A stretch of DNA of 64,000 nt, taken from NCBI GenBank assembly GCA_965197645.1, contig OZ240219.1:480001-544000 (forward strand), written 5' to 3'. Of this stretch, positions 57,079-64,000 are shown one piece after another. The translations under genes were made by a program, and so were the position numbers. The notes under the pieces were generated by a model that made no database searches, was not told the origin of the DNA, and saw only the letters and a program-made list of their open reading frames with translations. The stretch is from Dehalococcoidia bacterium (GTDB lineage Bacteria; Chloroflexota; Dehalococcoidia; Plut-88900). Positions within the stretch are counted from its first letter, which is position 1. Every line of letters starts with the position of its first letter.

Positions 57079-57726
57079 TCATAGCAGCTTCGGCTGGTGG
57101 ACGGACTCGATACCTGAGAAGGGTTCCTCCCCGAGTTCCATTATTCGGTCCATCCGCATCCTGTCCCGGCGAGCAGGCCTGAAGCCCTTGCGCCGCTCCG
57201 TCCGTCGCCTCTGAGCGGACGCCTGGGCCCAACCCTCTAAGAGCAGCAACCTTTCCTTGACGGCCAGCCCGCCGCCAAAGCCGGTGAGAGCGCCATCTCC
57301 GGCAACCACCCGATGACACGGCACGCTGATGGCGAAGGGGTTGGATCCGACCGCCTGGCCGACGGCCCTCGCGCCCCCCGGGCTGCCAACCTCCGCGGCC
57401 ACCTGCCCATAGGTGCGCACCTCGCCCCTCGGTATCTTTTGCAGGACCTCCCAGACCGATCGCTGGAACGGTGTAGCGCCGTCGGTATCGAGGGGCCAGT
57501 CCAAGGATACGTCTTCGCCGCGAGCATAGCCCTCGAAGGAACGAGCCAGCTTGGTAAGGGACTTGTCGTCTTCGGCCAGGTCGCCGAATAGCTCTCGGCT
57601 TTCCTCCTCTACAGTGTTCCGGGTCGCCTCGGGCCCAATCACGGCCTTCAACCCCAGGTTGGACGCCACCAGCCCTATCCAGCCAAGCTCAGTCTCGAAG
57701 ATTATCCGACGGTCAGCGTCCGCCAT
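57079..57726 (-). CDS. ogt: methylated-DNA--protein-cysteine methyltransferase
   Basis: TPFQRSVW, TYGQVA, ARAVG, NP..ISVPCHRVV, GFGGG..KERLLLLE. Confidence 0.93.
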   Translation of the reverse strand: MADADRRIIFETELGWIGLVASNLGLKAVIGPEATRNTVEEESRELFGDLAEDDKSLTKLARSFEGYARGEDVSLDWPLDTDGATPFQRSVWEVLQKIPRGEVRTYGQVAAEVGSPGGARAVGQAVGSNPFAISVPCHRVVAGDGALTGFGGGLAVKERLLLLEGWAQASAQRRRTERRKGFRPARRDRMRMDRIMELGEEPFSGIESVHQPKLL

Positions 57727-57735
57727 AGATCTCTC

Positions 57736-60480
57736 TTAGCTTCCCGGCACCGCTGCCGCCTTCTTGCGCGCCCTTCTTGCCTCGACCACATCCTTGCGGA
57801 GCACCCGAACGGCGCATACCTTGTACTCCGGTATCTTGGAATCGGGGTCGAGGACGGAGTTGGTCAGGAAGTTGGCCGCCGAATCCTTCAGCCTTACGAA
57901 GGGCACGAAGATCTCTCCCTCCCTCACTGCATCCGTGACCAGCGCCCGTCCCTCCAGCTCCCCGCGGCGAGACATGACCACGACCTCGTCGCCGTCGGAC
58001 ACCTGGGAAGATGAAGCGTCGTTCGGGTGAACGGCCACCTGGAGCTCCGGGGCACGGGCCAGCAGTCCTTCCACCCTCCGTGTCAGAGTACCACCGTGCC
58101 AGTGGTACAGTACCCGGCCGGTGTTCAGGATCAACGGGAACTTCCTATCGGGCATCTCGGCGGCGGGCTCTTCCTGGGTTACGGGGTGAAACTTACCCAG
58201 TCCACGAGGGAAACTGTCTCCGTAAAGATAGGGTGTGCCTGGGTGGTCTGGGGCTGGACAAGGCCACTGGATTCCGCCCTCCGCATCCAGCCGTTCGTAG
58301 GAGATGCCGCCGATTATCGGTGTGAGACGGGCCATCTCGTCGAAGATCTCGGAAGGGTGGTCATACTGGAACTGGTCTTGAGAGAGGCCCAGTTTGCGGC
58401 TCACCCGGCGGGCTAGATCCGAAGTGATGCTCCAGTCCGGCCTGCTCTGACCTACCGGCTCGATGGCCTTTCGCACCCGCTGGACCCGACGTTCGCTGTT
58501 GGTGAAGGTGCCGTCCTTCTCGGCGAAACTGGTGGCCGGCAGAACGACGTCCGCGATCTCGGCCGTCTCCTGCATGAAGATGTCCTGGACAACGATGAAG
58601 TCCAGCTTCTCCATGGCCTGGCGAGCATGGGTAAGATTTGGCTCGCCCAGCAGAGGGTTCTCTCCAACTATGTACATCGCCTTGAGGGCCCCTGTGTTGG
58701 CCTCTTCGATCATCTCGGTTGCGACCATCCCTTCCTCACTGGGCAGGGCGCCGCCCCAGGCATCTGAAAACTTGGACAGTGCGTCCGAAGCCAGCACCTG
58801 GTAGCCGGGCAGCGAGTTGGGGACACACCCGGCGTCACCGCACCCCTGGACGTTGTTCTGGCCGCGCAGTGGGGATATGCCGTTTCCCGGCTTGCCCATC
58901 TGACCCGCCAGCAGCGCCAGGTTCAGTACGGCGTAGCAATTGGACGTCCCGTTGGTGTGCTGGGTCAGCCCCATCCCCCAAACGAAGCAGGAGCCGCTGA
59001 AGGGTGGCTGAGCGTAGAGCCTGGCCGCCTCCATCATAAGCTCTTGGGGCACTCCCGTCAGGTGCTCCACGTAGTCCGGGGTGTAGGGCTCCAGCGATTT
59101 TACCCACTCTTCGAAACCTTCTGTCCGGTTGGCGACGAAGTTACGGTCCCACAGGCCCTCGTCCAGGATCACCTTGGCCATTCCGTTGAACAGGGCGATA
59201 TCGGTGCCCGGCCGCTCTCGAAGCCATATGTGAGCGTAGTCGCAGAGCTCGATACGTTTGGGGTTGATGACGATGAGCTTGGCGCCACCCTCGTCCACCG
59301 CCTTTCGAAAGCGGGTGGCGACCACGGGATGGTTGGAGCTGGCATCGGAGCCGGCAATGACAATACAGCCGGCGTTTTCGTAGTCCAGATATGAGTTGCT
59401 GGTGGCGCCGCTGCCCAGCGACGCCAGCATCGCCTCCACCGACGGGGCGTGACACAGACGCGTGCAGTGATCGATGTTGTTGGTGCCCAGCACCAGGCGC
59501 ATGAATTTCTGGACGACGTAGCCGTCCTCGTTGGTGGCCTTGGCCGATGCCAGGGCGGCGGTGACCCCTCGGTATTGGACGAATTTGTCGGCCACCAGGT
59601 CCAGCGCCTCGTCCCAGCTTGCCGGTTGAAGCGAGCCGTCCTTTCTGATCAACGGAGTGGTGAGCCTGTCGGAGTGGTTCACGAACGTGGTGCCGAACCG
59701 TCCCTTGACGCACAACCTGCCCTGGCTCGATTCGTTGTTCGGGTCGTCGTCGGTCCACAGGATCTTGTCTTTGTCGTTGGTGTTCAGGACGATGCCGCAC
59801 CCGACGCCGCAGTAGGGACACACGGTGGAGGTCTTCTTGATGATGTTCTCCGGGGTCAGCGTCGGCACTATGGCGCCGGTGGGGCACGCCGCCACGCAGG
59901 ACCCACAGGAGGTGCAGATCGACTCGGCGATGGGTTGGTCGTCGAAGGCGCCTATGAACGCCTCCTGACCTCTCTCCAGCACGGAGATGGCGCCGATCTC
60001 CTGGAGGGTCTGGCAAGCCTCTGTGCACCGGGCGCACAGGATGCAGTCGTCCATGTTCACTGCAAAGAAGGGGTTGCTTTCGTCCACGTGCTTCCGTTCG
60101 CGGGGCGAGTACGTGGGGGTCTCGATGCCGTGATGCTCCGCCGCCGTGGTCAGCTCCTTGTGCTCCGATAGCCGGTCTCCCGGCTGCTCCGAGGGGAGCA
60201 TACCCAGGGTGAGCTCAAGTACGCCCTGCCGGATGCGGCGAACCTCGTCGCTGTCGGTGTGGACTACCATCCCGTCCTGGACCGGGGTGTGGCACGAGGC
60301 CGGGAACCCCCTGCGTCCCTCGATGCTCACCAGGCACGTCCGGCACGCCCCGATGGCGTTCATCCCCGGGTCCTTGCAGAGCTGTGGGATGTAGGTCCCC
60401 GACCGGTTCACGGCCTGGAGGATGGCGGACCCTTCCTCGGCCTCTACCTGCTGGTCGTTTATGGTGATGGTGACGGTCAT
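57736..60480 (-). CDS. fdhF: formate dehydrogenase alpha subunit (Cys type) with NuoG-like N-terminus
   Basis: [2Fe-2S] GACRTC, two ferredoxin motifs, CPYCGVGC, NNIDHCTRLCH, LRGQNNVQG, PEYK. Confidence 0.92.
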   Translation of the reverse strand: MTVTITINDQQVEAEEGSAILQAVNRSGTYIPQLCKDPGMNAIGACRTCLVSIEGRRGFPASCHTPVQDGMVVHTDSDEVRRIRQGVLELTLGMLPSEQPGDRLSEHKELTTAAEHHGIETPTYSPRERKHVDESNPFFAVNMDDCILCARCTEACQTLQEIGAISVLERGQEAFIGAFDDQPIAESICTSCGSCVAACPTGAIVPTLTPENIIKKTSTVCPYCGVGCGIVLNTNDKDKILWTDDDPNNESSQGRLCVKGRFGTTFVNHSDRLTTPLIRKDGSLQPASWDEALDLVADKFVQYRGVTAALASAKATNEDGYVVQKFMRLVLGTNNIDHCTRLCHAPSVEAMLASLGSGATSNSYLDYENAGCIVIAGSDASSNHPVVATRFRKAVDEGGAKLIVINPKRIELCDYAHIWLRERPGTDIALFNGMAKVILDEGLWDRNFVANRTEGFEEWVKSLEPYTPDYVEHLTGVPQELMMEAARLYAQPPFSGSCFVWGMGLTQHTNGTSNCYAVLNLALLAGQMGKPGNGISPLRGQNNVQGCGDAGCVPNSLPGYQVLASDALSKFSDAWGGALPSEEGMVATEMIEEANTGALKAMYIVGENPLLGEPNLTHARQAMEKLDFIVVQDIFMQETAEIADVVLPATSFAEKDGTFTNSERRVQRVRKAIEPVGQSRPDWSITSDLARRVSRKLGLSQDQFQYDHPSEIFDEMARLTPIIGGISYERLDAEGGIQWPCPAPDHPGTPYLYGDSFPRGLGKFHPVTQEEPAAEMPDRKFPLILNTGRVLYHWHGGTLTRRVEGLLARAPELQVAVHPNDASSSQVSDGDEVVVMSRRGELEGRALVTDAVREGEIFVPFVRLKDSAANFLTNSVLDPDSKIPEYKVCAVRVLRKDVVEARRARKKAAAVPGS

Positions 60481-60589
60481 GTTGGTCCGTTCGATCCAGA
60501 TGAATGGTGGAGATGATATTCTACCATCAGATTCCACCTCATTGGTGGAATTTGCCCGCAAGGTTTCCGTATCGGGCGCCTCTTGATCC

Positions 60590-62161
60590 CTACGATCTCG
60601 AGAATGCCTGCCCAAAGTGCTTCAGGCCGCTGCGGATGGGACCGGGCGCCATCTGACCCAGGCCGCACAGCGAGCCGAACTGGACAACGTCGCTGAGATA
60701 GTCCAGATCGTTCAAATCGGAGTCCGTGCCGCGTCCCTCGGAGAGGCCGTCCAGGATGTCCAGCATCCGCTTGGTGCCCTCCCGGCAGGGGGTACACTTG
60801 CTGCACGACTCGTCGGCATTGTAGGCTGCCAGCCGGCGCACGACGTCGAGGATGGATACCGTATCGTCCAGCACGGTGATCCCCCCCGATCCCAGGACCG
60901 CCCCGGACTCGTCCAGCATGCCCGGCCCGATGGGAGTGTCCAGCATGGACGCCGGCAACAGCCCGCCTGAAGGGCCACCGGCGACCACTCCAATGACCTG
61001 GTGTCCATCCGGCGGGCCGCCACCTACACCGTTCACGATCTCTCCGATGGTAGTTCCCATCTCCACCTCCACCAGCCCAGGTCTCCGTACTCGACCGCTC
61101 AGCGATATGAGCTTGGTGCCCTTGGAAGCTTCGGTGCCCATCTCCGGGTAGTCAGAATGATCGGGCTTGAAGATGCCGGGGAGGTTGGCCAGGGTCTCGA
61201 CGTTGTTGATGACGGTGGGCTGGCCCCACAGGCCAGACTCCACGGGAAAGGGAGGCCTGGTCCGGGGCACGTTGCGCTGGCCCTCTATGCTGTTCATCAG
61301 GGCGCTCTCCTCGCCCAGCACGTAGCCCCCCGCACCCCGCCGCACGTCTACGCGGAACCCGAACTCGGTGCCCAGTATCCCATCTCCTATTAGGTCATCA
61401 GCCTCGGCCCGTGCCAGCGCCTCCTCGACCCGCTTGGCGGAGAGGTGCGCCTCTCCATTGATATACAGGTGCGCTGTCTCCGCTCCGATGGCGTAAGCAG
61501 CAATGGCGATCCCTTCCAGCAACCGGTACGGGTCGCCCTCCATGATGTGGCGGTCTTTGTAGATGCCGGGCTCCCCCTCCTCGGCGTTGATGATGAGGTA
61601 GCGAGGACTCCTGCCGGTGTCCCGAGCGCCCCGCCACTTGACGGCTGCCGGGAAGTAGGCGCCACCCCGCCCCCTCAGGTCCAGCTCCGTCACCTTGTCG
61701 ATGACTTGCTCCGGAGACATCGTACTCAGCACGGCGTCCAGGGCCGAGTACCCTCCCAGCGCTACGTACTCGTTCAGATCGGTAGCATCGATGCGGCCCA
61801 CGTTCCGGAGCACCAGCCTGGACTGCCCCTCCCAGCCAGCCTTCCACTCCAAGCCCGGCTCGGGTTGTCCATCCAAGAAGCTCTTAACGAGATTGGGGAG
61901 ATTCTCGGGGCGCGTGTTGGGCAGGCGGTACACGGCGCCGTCTTCGGTCTCGATGATCACCACCGGGGCCTGATAGCACGCCCCGTCGCATCCGGCTACA
62001 ACCAATGACGGTTGCGGATTACCTTTGACTATCTCCTCCCGGAGGTGATCGACGATAGCGGCTGCTCCGACCGATCGACTACAGCCCCCGACCTGCACTA
62101 TCACCCTTGGATAGGAGGGCGCGGCGGCATCGGCCCGACTCTTCAGCTCGGCGTAGTTCAC
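60590..62161 (-). CDS. NuoF/HydB-like NAD(H)-binding flavoprotein subunit
   Basis: N-terminal thioredoxin-like [2Fe-2S] (GCDGAC), LRGRGGAYFP, NAEEGEPG, GEESAL, ESCSKCTPCREG..SLCGLG; GTG start overlaps upstream stop. Confidence 0.9.
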   Translation of the reverse strand: MNYAELKSRADAAAPSYPRVIVQVGGCSRSVGAAAIVDHLREEIVKGNPQPSLVVAGCDGACYQAPVVIIETEDGAVYRLPNTRPENLPNLVKSFLDGQPEPGLEWKAGWEGQSRLVLRNVGRIDATDLNEYVALGGYSALDAVLSTMSPEQVIDKVTELDLRGRGGAYFPAAVKWRGARDTGRSPRYLIINAEEGEPGIYKDRHIMEGDPYRLLEGIAIAAYAIGAETAHLYINGEAHLSAKRVEEALARAEADDLIGDGILGTEFGFRVDVRRGAGGYVLGEESALMNSIEGQRNVPRTRPPFPVESGLWGQPTVINNVETLANLPGIFKPDHSDYPEMGTEASKGTKLISLSGRVRRPGLVEVEMGTTIGEIVNGVGGGPPDGHQVIGVVAGGPSGGLLPASMLDTPIGPGMLDESGAVLGSGGITVLDDTVSILDVVRRLAAYNADESCSKCTPCREGTKRMLDILDGLSEGRGTDSDLNDLDYLSDVVQFGSLCGLGQMAPGPIRSGLKHFGQAFSRS

Positions 62162-62622
62162 CCGCCGGCCCCGATCAGGCCTCGGAGCCTGGCGAGTGCA
62201 ACTTCCCGCGTCATTCTGCCGGCCACGTGCCCATCCCACTCGATTGCCGGGGCCAAGGCGCAGTCGAAGACACACGGCGTCTCCTCGAGGGTGAACTGGC
62301 CATCAGGAGTAGTCTCACCGACTCGGACGCCAAGATCGTGGGCCAGCGCCTCCAGTCCTTCTTCAGCCCCGTTCAGATGGCATTGAAGCCCGGTGCATAC
62401 CTTGACGATGTGCCTGCCCGGTTCGTCAAAGCGGAGCTCGGGATAGGACGAGGCCACACCATGGATCTCGCTTTTCGGTACCCGGAGATACGCTCCTATC
62501 TCCTCCATGGCCCAGCTCGGGAGATATCGGACCTCTTCCTGCACCGCTTGAAGGGCGGGCAACAGGTAGGTCCTACGGCGAGGGAACCTCCCCAGGACCT
62601 CCTTGATCCCTTCCCTATCCAC
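62158..62622 (-). CDS. NuoE/HydC-like [2Fe-2S] subunit
   Basis: LLPALQAVQ..YLP, VCTGLQCHLNG, PCVFDCALAP. Confidence 0.88.
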   Translation of the reverse strand: MDREGIKEVLGRFPRRRTYLLPALQAVQEEVRYLPSWAMEEIGAYLRVPKSEIHGVASSYPELRFDEPGRHIVKVCTGLQCHLNGAEEGLEALAHDLGVRVGETTPDGQFTLEETPCVFDCALAPAIEWDGHVAGRMTREVALARLRGLIGAGG

Positions 62623-64000
62623 CGGCGCCACCTGGAACAGACGATGAAACCGGGTCGGTGTCCAGCAGGTCCAAGATGTCCAGCTGGCGGAGCTTCTCCC
62701 GGGGAATCCTGCCGTCGGCGGTCCAGCCCCGGTCCCGATAGTAGTCGTCCACCATCGCATCCAGCTCGGTCCGGGCGAGCTGACGGCCGTCCTGGGATGC
62801 TTCGAAGATTCGGGGTGGAAGAGTGTCATCGGCCCGTGTCCAGCCCTGGCGAAGGTTGAACGCCTTCCTCAGGTTGTTTATCCGCTCCCCTACCCTTCGA
62901 AGCTGTTCGCCCGAGGTCTCCCAGCCGGTAACCAGCTCGTAGATGTGGGCCGCCTCCGAGTGAAAATCGGTAAAGCAGTTGCGCAGAAACTTGGACAGGA
63001 TCAGAGAGTCCAGGACAGCCGAGAAGTCCTCGCCCTGGGCTGCGAGCGTCCCTCGGTTGAGTTTGGAGTGTCCCCGCCCGTGAAGCGTAGAATGGCTTTG
63101 ATCCTTCAGATCGTAGTCGTAGGCCGATGACCTGTTGTGGCAAGCGCCCCTGGCGCTGACCGCTATGCCCAGGGCCAGGGTCTTGAGAGACCTGGGGTCA
63201 TATCCCGGCATCTCCAGCCCCTTTACGTTCATGGCCCAGTTCTCCGAGCCTTCGCCCATCGTCTCGGCGGCCCGTTTGCTCCCTTCCGCCAGCAGCTCTC
63301 CGATTCCCTCTCTCCTGCCGATGAGCTCGATGACCGATAGCAGGGCCTCGCCGTTGCCGAATCGCAGCTCGATGCCGTTGGTGTCCGAGGTGCTCAGCAG
63401 TCCCCGCTCGAAGGACTCCATGGCCCAGGCGACGGTCCCACCTGTGCTGATGGTGTCCATGCCCAGAGTGTCGCACAGGGCGGTGGCTCTGATTATGGCG
63501 TCCGGGTCGTCGATGCCACAGAGAGGGCCGAGGGCGAACAGGCTCTCATACTCCACCCGGTTCTTGACCTTGGTCCCGTTCTTGTCCCTGGCGCCGAAGA
63601 CGTGCTCCCAGTCCCGGAGGGCGCCGTTTCCTTCTCCGCCATCGACGAGGCGTTTCTGGAGGCTGTGGCCGCTGATGGAGGCCTCTCCCTCGAAGCTGGA
63701 GCGCTGAAAGTTGTACGAGGGCAGGGCCAAAACCTCGTTCAGGATGGAAAGGTTGGCCACCGTCCCCGGCCCACGATACTTGGCCGTGGGGAGACCCCTA
63801 CTCAGATCCTCTATGCGCTCGGCGACCTCAGCCAGCTCATCGGGGTGAGCAACGGTGGTGCTCTCGGTGCCCTTGAGGGCGATGGCCTTGAGGTTCTTGG
63901 ACCCCATCACAGCCCCGGCGCCGGTCCTGCCTGCCTGGCGTCCGCCGCTGGTAATGCAAGCGAACCGCACGAGGGCCTCACCGGCCGGGCCTATAGAGAT
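62615..64000 (-). CDS. aldehyde:ferredoxin oxidoreductase (AOR/WOR) family protein, 5' end outside window
   Basis: GRTGAGAVMGSKNLKAI, EYESL, CDTLGMDTIS, VKGLEMPGYDPR, RGACH, DDTLPPR, DYYRDRGW. Confidence 0.9.
   Translation of the reverse strand: MSIGPAGEALVRFACITSGGRQAGRTGAGAVMGSKNLKAIALKGTESTTVAHPDELAEVAERIEDLSRGLPTAKYRGPGTVANLSILNEVLALPSYNFQRSSFEGEASISGHSLQKRLVDGGEGNGALRDWEHVFGARDKNGTKVKNRVEYESLFALGPLCGIDDPDAIIRATALCDTLGMDTISTGGTVAWAMESFERGLLSTSDTNGIELRFGNGEALLSVIELIGRREGIGELLAEGSKRAAETMGEGSENWAMNVKGLEMPGYDPRSLKTLALGIAVSARGACHNRSSAYDYDLKDQSHSTLHGRGHSKLNRGTLAAQGEDFSAVLDSLILSKFLRNCFTDFHSEAAHIYELVTGWETSGEQLRRVGERINNLRKAFNLRQGWTRADDTLPPRIFEASQDGRQLARTELDAMVDDYYRDRGWTADGRIPREKLRQLDILDLLDTDPVSSSVPGGAGG

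Noticed and set aside
59450-59480. Possible selenocysteine in formate dehydrogenase
   Set aside because: The codon is TGT (Cys) and the frame is open

Overview
GC-rich bacterial chromosomal window, almost entirely coding. The gene content (many class III CoA-transferases, an LLM/F420 oxidoreductase, hydantoinase/oxoprolinase, GrdE-like proteins, hairpin-type intergenic repeats) suggests Chloroflexota, possibly Dehalococcoidia/SAR202-like; this is inference only. Clearly recognisable blocks are lipA-lpdA-pdhABC, a C45 peptidase/hydantoinase/amidohydrolase cluster, a VapBC45-like toxin-antitoxin pair, hpnB, ogt and an AOR-NuoE-NuoF-formate dehydrogenase operon. No rRNA, tRNA, CRISPR array, integrase or transposase was seen. 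Main observations: (1) a divergent locus with an intact plus a ligand-less ferritin-like di-iron paralogue pair beside a MetE-like Zn thiol-alkyltransferase, single-Cys OsmC and rhodanese; (2) an unannotated DsbA/FrnE selenoprotein (UPWC, in-frame TGA plus SECIS-like hairpin) divergent from two GrdE-like genes that lack grdA/B/C/D here and are linked to heterodimeric CoA-transferases; (3) an AOR-family protein lacking all four [4Fe-4S] cysteines; (4) two integrase-free cassettes bracketed by diverged duplications of gene 3' ends; (5) a 53-aa zinc-ribbon ORF missing from the ORF track. Family assignments come from motif recognition by eye; no searches were run.
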